Position numbers and translations under genes: made by a program
Shown here: in pieces, positions 38,307-46,149 of the stretch
Position numbering within the stretch: position 1 is the first letter of the stretch
How the letters are laid out: the number at the start of each line of letters is the position of its first letter
Source of the DNA: Candidatus Zhuqueibacterota bacterium
GTDB taxonomy: Bacteria > Zhuqueibacterota > Zhuqueibacteria > Thermofontimicrobiales > Thermofontimicrobiaceae
NCBI GenBank assembly: GCA_049322915.1
Contig: JBMOPW010000001.1
Location: 78,193 to 142,192, forward strand
Direction of reading: 5' to 3'
DNA length: 64,000 nt
The notes under the pieces: model-generated
Told to the model about the DNA's origin: nothing
The model's database searches: none
Seen by the model: only the letters and a program-made list of their open reading frames with translations

Positions 38307-38657
38307 TCATGCAAATTTGCTACGAAACATAAAATAGACCGCTCCTACCAGACAGAGTCCGGCCCACAGGTAATCCAGCTTGAGCGGTTCTTTCAGATAG
38401 AAAACTGAGAAAGGCACAAATACAGATAGTGTGATCACTTCCTGGATTATTTTTAACTGGCCAACTGTAAGCATTCCATAACCAATCCGATTGGCCGGCA
38501 CCTGAAGCAAATACTCCAGCAGCGCAATCCCCCAACTGACAATCGCCGCGATGATCCACGGTTTATTGTTCAATTCTTTGAGATGAGCGTACCAGGCAAA
38601 TGTCATGAAAAAATTACTACAAATCAAGAGCGATACAGAGATCAAAATAGGATTCAT
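38307..38657 (-). CDS. Small DMT-superfamily membrane protein
   Basis: SNFFMTFAWYAHLK, SWGIA..EY..QVPANRIG, QLKIIQEVITL. Confidence 0.9.
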   Translation of the reverse strand: MNPILISVSLLICSNFFMTFAWYAHLKELNNKPWIIAAIVSWGIALLEYLLQVPANRIGYGMLTVGQLKIIQEVITLSVFVPFSVFYLKEPLKLDYLWAGLCLVGAVYFMFRSKFA

Positions 38658-38706
38658 ATTCGATTTCAGGCGCCAATAGTTTTATCGTCAGTTTTGTGTG
38701 ATAACC

Positions 38707-40452
38707 TTAATTTAAATCCATTCTTAATTTCGTCTTCAGGTCCTCCTGTTCAATATGCAATTCGTCCTTCATACCTTCTGCAGCATTCGGTTGAAACAGA
38801 TTCTTCAGACTAAGCTTATTTTTTTTTAGCGAACCATTACGCTGATGGTCAATCAGAAGGGTCAATTTTTCAATGATGTACTGAGCGTCGGACAGCGCAT
38901 TGTTGTCATTGACCAGCATGCCCGCCAGGATCGATGGAATATTATGAAAGTGAGGCATAAAATCTTCAGTAACGATCACTTTCTTCAGCAAAATTTCTTC
39001 GAATAGTCCACCGATGAACATTGCGAACTCTTCGATTTTATCATGCGAATAGAGCTGCGCTGAATTTTGAAGAGCAATACAGGCATTCTTGATGTTGCGG
39101 AATAGCTTGGGATCCTGATTCATCAGATTAATATGATTCAGTGATTCCTTCAGGATATTCAAGTCGCCGGCTATCTCTTCCGAAAACATCTGGTCGAACA
39201 CCCGATGAGCCGATTGCTTTGGCTTTTCCTGCTCTCTGGGTTCCTCATCACGAATCACCTTCCTGTCATTGCCGGATTTTTCCTCTTTTTGAAGTATCAT
39301 TTCCGGGGCCGGTTTGACAATCTTATCTTCCTTCACCGGGGTGACGAATGTTTTGCTTTCCTTGATATCGAAAAAAGGGTTGGCATCCACCTTTTTTTTC
39401 TCCATCGGCGCTGGTTGCGGTTTTGCTGTTCGTAATTCCCCAGCCGGACCTTTGGCTTTTGTGCCGGTCGCAATGAGCAGGACGCGAATTTTATCCTCCA
39501 TGCCCGGATCAATGCGCGCGCCCCAGATAATGCGGGCGTTGGGATCCAGCTTCTCTGCAATGGATATCATCACGCTGCGGGCCTCGCGGATTGACATGGA
39601 TTCGTTGCCTGTGATATTGATTAACGCACTTTGCGCGCCGGTTATATCCACATCGAGCAGGGGATTATCGATCGCTTTAGCGACGGCGTCCTGAGCTTTG
39701 TTTTCTGTATTGCTTTCGCCAATCCCAATCATCGCTGTATCGCCATCCTTCATGATCGATTTGACGTCCGCGAAATCGAGGTTCACCAGACCTTTCTCAG
39801 TGACCAGTTCGGTAATGCCTTTCACGGCATTGGTTAAAATTTCATCGGCGACTTTGAACGCGGCATTCAGCGGCAGGTCCGGAACCATATCCAGCAACCG
39901 GTCATTCTGGACGACAATGACGGTGTCAGAATGTTCCCGCAGTTTGGCTAAACCGGCCTTTGCATTTTCGCGGCGCATCACACCCTCTTCGGTGAAGGGC
40001 AGCGTGATGACAGAAATTGTGAGCGCATTCAAACTGCGCGCAATTTCCGCGACGACGGGCGCAGAACCGGTACCTGTCCCTCCGCCGAGACCGCACGTGA
40101 TGAATACCATGTCGCAACCTTCCAGCAGTTCGCGAATCTCCGCCTCGTTCTCCCGTGCTGCGCTTTCACCAATTTGAGGATTACTGCCCGCGCCCAATCC
40201 GTTCGAAAGGTTTTTTCCGATGAGGATTTTATGTTCAGCCTTTGTGAACAGCAGATCCTGGGCGTCTGTATTGACCGCTACAGTTTCTACCCCTTTAATA
40301 CCGACTTCGGTCAACCGAGTAATCGTATTATTTCCCGCGCCGCCCGCACCAATCACCTTGATTTTCGTGCGATGCGTTTTGAGTAAACTTTCCAGTTCTT
40401 CATCTTTTGTTTTCAAAGTGAACTCCTTTGTGGATATTTTCTCCCTCGACAT
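38707..40452 (-). CDS. ftsZ: FtsZ (archaeal FtsZ1-like core) fused to a C-terminal Hpt-like domain
   Basis: GAGGAGNN, NTDAQ, GLGAG.NP, GGGTGTG, PF..EG..R, T7 loop GLVNLDFADV; linker at aa ~331-417; Hpt-like helical domain at aa ~418-513. Confidence 0.95.
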   Translation of the reverse strand: MSREKISTKEFTLKTKDEELESLLKTHRTKIKVIGAGGAGNNTITRLTEVGIKGVETVAVNTDAQDLLFTKAEHKILIGKNLSNGLGAGSNPQIGESAARENEAEIRELLEGCDMVFITCGLGGGTGTGSAPVVAEIARSLNALTISVITLPFTEEGVMRRENAKAGLAKLREHSDTVIVVQNDRLLDMVPDLPLNAAFKVADEILTNAVKGITELVTEKGLVNLDFADVKSIMKDGDTAMIGIGESNTENKAQDAVAKAIDNPLLDVDITGAQSALINITGNESMSIREARSVMISIAEKLDPNARIIWGARIDPGMEDKIRVLLIATGTKAKGPAGELRTAKPQPAPMEKKKVDANPFFDIKESKTFVTPVKEDKIVKPAPEMILQKEEKSGNDRKVIRDEEPREQEKPKQSAHRVFDQMFSEEIAGDLNILKESLNHINLMNQDPKLFRNIKNACIALQNSAQLYSHDKIEEFAMFIGGLFEEILLKKVIVTEDFMPHFHNIPSILAGMLVNDNNALSDAQYIIEKLTLLIDHQRNGSLKKNKLSLKNLFQPNAAEGMKDELHIEQEDLKTKLRMDLN

Positions 40453-40557
40453 TGTTATTTTCCTTCAATTAGCAGTAAAACTGCACTTTATATTACCCGC
40501 ACCATATCAGGTTTGGAGAAACTAATTTAGTGAAATGGCTGAGGAAATCAGCATCGA

Positions 40558-42342
40558 TCAGATTTTTGATGACCTCACTCCCGGCGAACCAAACGTCGTA
40601 TTGAAATATTCTTTCAGTGTTGTCAGTATGGAAATGAAGTGGACCTTGTGTTCCGCATTATTGCGGTCAAAAATCTTAAGCAGCGTCATTCCGCTTTCCA
40701 TGCTCTCCAGGATATTTCCCGGCAATTTGATGTTTCGCTTGTTGGTCTGAAAACAAATGGATTCCATCAACTCCGGCAAGAACGCCATTTTCTCAAGTCC
40801 AAATTTCTGAGCCAATTGATTCAGAGACGCGCTGGCCAATTCAATATCCTCCAGTGATGCTTGATATTTTTTACCCTGGGTCAATTGAGCCAGGGCATTC
40901 AGAATGATCTTGTGGTACAAACTGGCTTCCTTATGGAAGCGATCCAGTGGATTCCTGACTGACTCATCGATTGGTTTCTCGTCAGATTTTTCAGCATCGG
41001 ACTGGCCTGCCTCAATTGTGTCTCCTGCTCCGGTGTGAATCACCTCGGCTGAGGCGATTTCGTCATGACTCGTTTTCTGAATGAACGGTTTTGCCGGGGG
41101 AATGATTTCCTGTAATAGAATCAATAATTCTTCATCTTCCTCCCCGGGTAACTTAAATTCCAATAGGTCCTTATCAATAATATCGTCATCTTCTGGAACA
41201 ATTGGAGTCACAGGCGTAACTTTATTGACTTTTTCTTTATTATCGATCTCCGCGGGAACCGGCGCCACCGACTCCGATGGTGACAATTTCTCTGCATCCG
41301 GAATCGCCTGTTCCTTTTTGGAAATCAGTTCCTGAGTTTCTTTTTCAAGAGGGGCAATCAACACATTCGAACCAGCGTGTGACAGATAACTATCGAATTT
41401 TTGTAGCTGGTCCTCGATATGCTCGACGTGCTGATGATGGAAGACCATTTTTTCAATAGTGGTTTTCGCATCGAAAATTAATCGAATGGCCTCCTGGTCT
41501 GGGGTTTGGTTCGCTTCGAGATTTTTTTTCACAATCTTCACCGCGCGATCCGCAATTGCTTCGATCTCGTCATGTCCGTGATACATGGAGACTTCTTTGA
41601 TATTATGGAAGCTTTCGAAACACATTTTTAAATCGGACCGATGCGTGAGAAACCAGGATGGCTGCGATGTCATCCTGGACAGTGGTTTGAGCAGCTCGAA
41701 AATCTCTTCTTCGAAAAATCCCTGAAGAATATTGTTGTTTAATACTGCGTTGTTTTTACGCGCTGGTGCGACTGTACTTTCTGGTTGACTTTGCGGATCG
41801 ATTTTGGCCGCTGACTCTGCTTTGACCGTGGACCGATAGACTTTCAATTGAGGGGCCGCTGATGGCACACTGTCCGTGTCTTTGGTGGCTGATTTTCGGA
41901 GCATCGAGCGCAAATTAGTTTTGATATTCAGATATTTTTCCAAAGTCGCCCTATCGTTGGCTTCTGTCCCTACAATCCGCACTAATTTCGACATGAAAAA
42001 CTGGGCATAATTTTTAATCGCCTCTTTCAATTGCGATTGATCCAGGCTTTTCAAGTCCAATTTTAGAAGATGGTTTTCGAGATCCGAGTACAACGTGGAG
42101 AAGCTCTGAATCTGAGTGATTTCTTTCAACTCAAGCGCCGGCTGCGGGGACTCAACCAGATAGTGAATGAAATTGGAAATGACGCGAAAAGAGGCCTCAT
42201 CAATGGTTTTCAATTCCAGGGTCTTGTTTTGCAAAAAGCTTGACACACAAAAGTAGAAGTAGCTCTTGGGATGAAAAAACCGATTTATTAATTCCAGATA
42301 GAAGTGGTTCAATGTCTCAAATTTAGTCTGCATACAAACCAA
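40558..42342 (-). CDS. Hypothetical protein with two Hpt/CheA-P1-like domains (the first retains His)
   Basis: FFEEEIFELL...ESFHNIKEVSMYHG and RFHKEASLY...LASASLNQLAQKFG. The start may be ATG 42333. Confidence 0.75.
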   Translation of the reverse strand: MVCMQTKFETLNHFYLELINRFFHPKSYFYFCVSSFLQNKTLELKTIDEASFRVISNFIHYLVESPQPALELKEITQIQSFSTLYSDLENHLLKLDLKSLDQSQLKEAIKNYAQFFMSKLVRIVGTEANDRATLEKYLNIKTNLRSMLRKSATKDTDSVPSAAPQLKVYRSTVKAESAAKIDPQSQPESTVAPARKNNAVLNNNILQGFFEEEIFELLKPLSRMTSQPSWFLTHRSDLKMCFESFHNIKEVSMYHGHDEIEAIADRAVKIVKKNLEANQTPDQEAIRLIFDAKTTIEKMVFHHQHVEHIEDQLQKFDSYLSHAGSNVLIAPLEKETQELISKKEQAIPDAEKLSPSESVAPVPAEIDNKEKVNKVTPVTPIVPEDDDIIDKDLLEFKLPGEEDEELLILLQEIIPPAKPFIQKTSHDEIASAEVIHTGAGDTIEAGQSDAEKSDEKPIDESVRNPLDRFHKEASLYHKIILNALAQLTQGKKYQASLEDIELASASLNQLAQKFGLEKMAFLPELMESICFQTNKRNIKLPGNILESMESGMTLLKIFDRNNAEHKVHFISILTTLKEYFNTTFGSPGVRSSKI

Positions 42343-42429
42343 TACCGAGTAATGACGTGGAGAAACCTGATAGTGTGTGTTTTTTCATTGGGCAAAAAGT
42401 CAAATGTTCAGCTTTGAATTTTTTTTTAG

Positions 42430-42930
42430 CCGGATAATTCCCTGGATAATACTCAGGCAACGCAGCGAAAGGCTGGATTGCCGGTCTCGTGTACACAGGC
42501 TCAATCCTTATTTAGCGTAATTTCAGCTTTGCGCTAACGGTTACAGTGATGAGGGTTTATTTGTGGCCGATGTTTCGAATGATGATGCCCACATCGCTGC
42601 GGAGAATTCCAGGTATCCATGGCTCCATTGACCGACTTATTCAAACAGCGACGCGCGGAGTTCACTGTCATTTCTGTTCAGTCGGTGCAATTCAGACGGG
42701 CAAAGCGGAGACCGTTATCAGAAAATGGAAGATGTGCTAAAGATGGTCAACCCTGGCGGCAATGCAGTCTTAATTTATCTGGGGAATCGCCGCCGAAGCC
42801 CTCGGAAATGCCCCGGATGACCCATTGCCCGTCTGCATCTCGGACGTTCCGTGAAAGGCCATTTGGTCGAAGCGTTGCCGGTCGCGTTTCAGATGCGATT
42901 GGCACACGTATCGTTTCAATGAGCGAACGG
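42430..42930 (+). ncRNA. Candidate large (~500 nt) structured RNA inside the FtsZ-Hpt locus
   Basis: 600-bp gap with no convincing ORF and many helices, including a perfect 11-bp pair (42693-703/42825-35). G-U pairs favour the + strand. Confidence 0.45.
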
Positions 42931-42941
42931 AGTGATCAGTG

Positions 42942-43658
42942 CTACAAGATGGCAACTTGTTGTTGAAATTTTTCATAAAGCTTCAGCACGGCCGGGACGT
43001 AGCTGCGCGTTTCTTCCCACAGCAAGGCCCAGTCGGTCTTATTGTTGCGGTTCTTCAACCACAGCGCCGCGCGTTTTTCGCCTCCATTATAAGCTGCCAG
43101 CCCGCCGTCGATTTCATAAAGGTGAATTAAATTAGACAGATAGCGGCAACCCATTCGAATGTTCAGGATCGGATTGAATAAAATCTCCTCCGGCGTTGTC
43201 CATTCAATGCCTTCCTGAATTGCCAGCAGTTCGCCGGTTTTTGGCATGATCTGCATCAGACCCAACGCACCAACAGGCGAGACAACATCTTTTCGCCAGG
43301 TCAGTGCGCTCTCATGGGTGATGGTCGCGCAAATGAGATCGACGTTGAGATTGTCGTATTTCAGGCTCATCTTAAAAATCTCATCGGCGATTTCATATTT
43401 CTCATCCGGAGTGATCGTTCGATTGTACTGGTCAATTATTTTAATAATTCTCTGGATTTTATATTGCCGAACACTCTCGATGTTCAATGCATTTTGCACA
43501 GACGCCAGGTGATTTTCAATGAAAGCCATTTGCTTCGTTGTATCTTCTGTAGAAGTAAGCTTGTGAGAAAAACTAACGGTTGAAATGAATACCGCAAATA
43601 TCAAAGTAATTAATAACATGGATTTTAATGAACTCAACCCTCTTTTGTCTCGCTTCAT
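42942..43658 (-). CDS. Lytic transglycosylase (SLT domain) with N-terminal membrane anchor/signal
   Basis: THES (catalytic Glu), GALGLMQIMP, NI.MG.RYL, AAYNGG, ETRSYV. GGAGG precedes ATG 43658. Confidence 0.92.
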   Translation of the reverse strand: MKRDKRGLSSLKSMLLITLIFAVFISTVSFSHKLTSTEDTTKQMAFIENHLASVQNALNIESVRQYKIQRIIKIIDQYNRTITPDEKYEIADEIFKMSLKYDNLNVDLICATITHESALTWRKDVVSPVGALGLMQIMPKTGELLAIQEGIEWTTPEEILFNPILNIRMGCRYLSNLIHLYEIDGGLAAYNGGEKRAALWLKNRNNKTDWALLWEETRSYVPAVLKLYEKFQQQVAIL

Positions 43659-44062
43659 CCTGACAACCTCCCACATTCGTAATAGACTTAATGTTGACAT
43701 GTGCTTGTTCTGGTGGACACCCCACCTTTTTTCAGTTACAAATTACTACCAGCCGTTCGAATTGATTTCTACGATAACAGAAAATGTTTTCACTGGAAGT
43801 CTATGTAACAAATATAGAGCCAAACTAATCGAAATGAATTTGTTGTTCACCCTCAGTCGGATTCTCTAAACGTGATTCTCCTATTTTAATCTGTTATAAT
43901 AAAAAAAGTTATCGGCCAAGATGAAACTGATCAAAACGGGCGATAACTCTATACCAATGAAATGCGATGTAAATGCGTTGTTTTTCGATAGAAAGAATAT
44001 AGTGATTTGAAAACGAGTTATGAGGTTTTTAGTTTTGTTAAATTAATGAAATTAATAAGATG

Positions 44063-44881
44063 CTATTGAAAACTCTCGGCCATCACCATCTCTTTTTTGG
44101 CTAATGATGATTCACTTGTCCCGTTCTGATTCAATAATTCAGTCGCAAGTTCCATGTAGCTATTAGCGCCTTTGCATGTTTTATCAATCAACAACACTGG
44201 TTTGCCGAAATAGGGCACTTCTGCAAGCCGAACATTGCGGGGAATGATAGTTTCAAAGACAAGGCCTTTGAGCGTATATTTGATTTTATCCATGACGCGC
44301 CGGGAAAGATTGTTTCGCAGATCGACCATGGTGAGTAGAAATCCCCGATATTGTAATGAGGGATTGTAATCGTTTTTAACCATTCGGGTGAGCTTTAGTA
44401 ATTTCCCCAGAGATTTCAGCGCGTAAAATTCGCACTGGATGGGAACGATGATTGAATCCGAAGCCACCAGAGAATTAAAGGTCAGCTTGCCCAATGACGG
44501 TGGGCAATCCATTACGATGAAATCGTACCTGGTCTTTAGTTTGCTCAAGGGAGATTTTAAAAATGACGTGCGGTCCTGGTGGATCTGTTCGAGTTTGTCT
44601 TCATCTTCAGCCCAGAAATTCGAAGGGATGAAATCGAAATTGTCCATAAGAGTGGGATGGATAATTTCGTCGAGCTCTTTCGATCCGGTGATCAATTCAT
44701 AGACGCCAGCTTTGATATCATATTTCCCATAGCCAAAACTTGTTGCAACATGTCCCTGCGGATCCAGGTCAATGAGCAACGTCTTATGGCCCAATGCAGT
44801 GAGACTGGCGCAGAGGTTTACAGCGGTCGTTGTTTTGCCAACTCCCCCTTTTTGGCTAACGATTGAAATAATCTCGCTCAT
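44063..44881 (-). CDS. parA: ParA/Soj family ATPase (no adjacent parB)
   Basis: QKGGVGKTTT, DLDPQG, DCPPSLG, PIQCEFYAL, IPRNVRLAE. Confidence 0.93.
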   Translation of the reverse strand: MSEIISIVSQKGGVGKTTTAVNLCASLTALGHKTLLIDLDPQGHVATSFGYGKYDIKAGVYELITGSKELDEIIHPTLMDNFDFIPSNFWAEDEDKLEQIHQDRTSFLKSPLSKLKTRYDFIVMDCPPSLGKLTFNSLVASDSIIVPIQCEFYALKSLGKLLKLTRMVKNDYNPSLQYRGFLLTMVDLRNNLSRRVMDKIKYTLKGLVFETIIPRNVRLAEVPYFGKPVLLIDKTCKGANSYMELATELLNQNGTSESSLAKKEMVMAESFQ

Positions 44882-44897
44882 ACATAGTCCCTGAAAC

Positions 44898-45593
44898 TTA
44901 AATAAATTTTCCAATATTCTGAGAACTGTATTTTTTCAGCAGCGTTCTCCAACCGCTATGAATGGTTTTTCGGATTGGAGTCTCTGAAAGGGTTGTATCG
45001 TAATAGCCATCGTTCCATTTGAGCACATTTGATAGTGCCTTCTCGCCTTCTAGCGTCCCGACCTGGGCATGGATTATTTCACCCGCCCTGAAGTGAATTA
45101 CACCATTCTCTGTACCGTTTGAAATACTCAAATTACCATTGAATTTTTTCTGGCAATTCCGGATGATGATGTCCGCCAGATTCAATTCGACCAGTCGACT
45201 CTTATAGTTATCGGTAGATTTCTGGACAGCTTGATGGATTATTTTTTTCAATTCGGCGATCTCGAATGGCTTTTCAATGAAGTAAACCGAATTTGGAAAT
45301 GCAAGTCTGTCTCTGAGCTCGATACTGTCCGAAGCTGTCATAATGATGACTTTCATTTGAGAATGATACTTTTTCACATAATCCAGAAGTATCAATCCGT
45401 CGATTCCTGGCATACGAATATCTGTTATGAGCAAATCCAGGGAGAAGCGCCTGATCACTTCAAGCGCTTCCTCCCCGGAATTGACACACATTATTTCGTA
45501 CTGCTCGTTCTCTTTCCTGAGACTTCGTGCTATACTCCACGTCAGATCCTCTTCATCATCCACGATGAGTATTCGTTTCGGATCGGAAGTCAT
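44898..45593 (-). CDS. Response regulator: REC plus DUF4388 (PATAN) domain
   Basis: ILIVDDE, TDIRMPGIDG, IIMTA, IEKPF, then LNLADII...GNLSI...GVIHFRAGEIIHA...GEKAL...W..G. Confidence 0.88.
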   Translation of the reverse strand: MTSDPKRILIVDDEEDLTWSIARSLRKENEQYEIMCVNSGEEALEVIRRFSLDLLITDIRMPGIDGLILLDYVKKYHSQMKVIIMTASDSIELRDRLAFPNSVYFIEKPFEIAELKKIIHQAVQKSTDNYKSRLVELNLADIIIRNCQKKFNGNLSISNGTENGVIHFRAGEIIHAQVGTLEGEKALSNVLKWNDGYYDTTLSETPIRKTIHSGWRTLLKKYSSQNIGKFI

Positions 45594-45654
45594 TGATGTT
45601 TCCCCTGTTAGATGCATGAACGATAATGTGTTAGTAGTACTTCAATGCCACCAG

Positions 45655-45671
45655 CGCAAAAAGTATGCCAG
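45655..45671 (-). promoter_or_regulatory. Sigma54 -24/-12 promoter for the REC-PATAN / parA unit
   Basis: Minus strand reads CTGGCATACTTTTTGCG = GG-N10-GC with TGGCA and TTGC, about 60 nt upstream of ATG 45593. Confidence 0.75.
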
Positions 45672-46073
45672 TGGACGGCGTCTTTCGGGCCAGGTGTCCA
45701 TTGATGAAAATTCAGACCGATGAGAGGAGATAGAATTTTAATTTTTAGTGAATTAGGGTGGTGATTATTCATTGGAAAATTTATCGTGTCTGGAAGAGGG
45801 CAACGCCTGTTTGCACAATTCGGTAATTACAAATTCCGACTGACCGATAATTGACCAAACTCGATTTGATTTAAGTCGGTGAGTACTTTGAATCGCTATC
45901 CATTTGTTTTATTGTGCTGAAATCATGTTTTGAGAAATCATTTATATGAATAACAAACAATTAGGCTGAAAATGGCAGGGGAGAAGGACAGCGACATCGC
46001 TGAACGTGTGGATATTCCGGGGCATGGAGCAGTGAGGCAATCAGCAATTACATCATTGAAAACGGGTGATAAA

Positions 46074-46129
46074 TAAAAACGACCGGACAGAAATGAACAA
46101 TGAATGCATTCATTTCAGTCCCGGTCGTT
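46074..46129 (-). terminator. Intrinsic terminator after the sigma54 activator gene
   Basis: Inverted repeat aacgaccgg...ccggtcgtt with a T-run on the minus strand. Confidence 0.6.
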
Positions 46130-46149
46130 GAAATTGTAATAGAAAAAAA

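Noticed and set aside
38707..40452. Housekeeping dcw-cluster ftsZ
   Set aside because: There are no ftsQ, ftsA, mur or lpxC neighbours and no conserved bacterial C-terminal peptide, and the core looks archaeal.
36770..42342. Chemotaxis CheA or a chemosensory cluster
   Set aside because: Only P1-like domains are present. There is no HATPase, CheW, MCP, CheR or CheB in these genes.
42546..42976. Short ORFs in the gap between the SLT and tandem-Hpt genes
   Set aside because: They have no RBS, no protein-like motifs, and overlap in conflicting frames. The region is better explained as non-coding.
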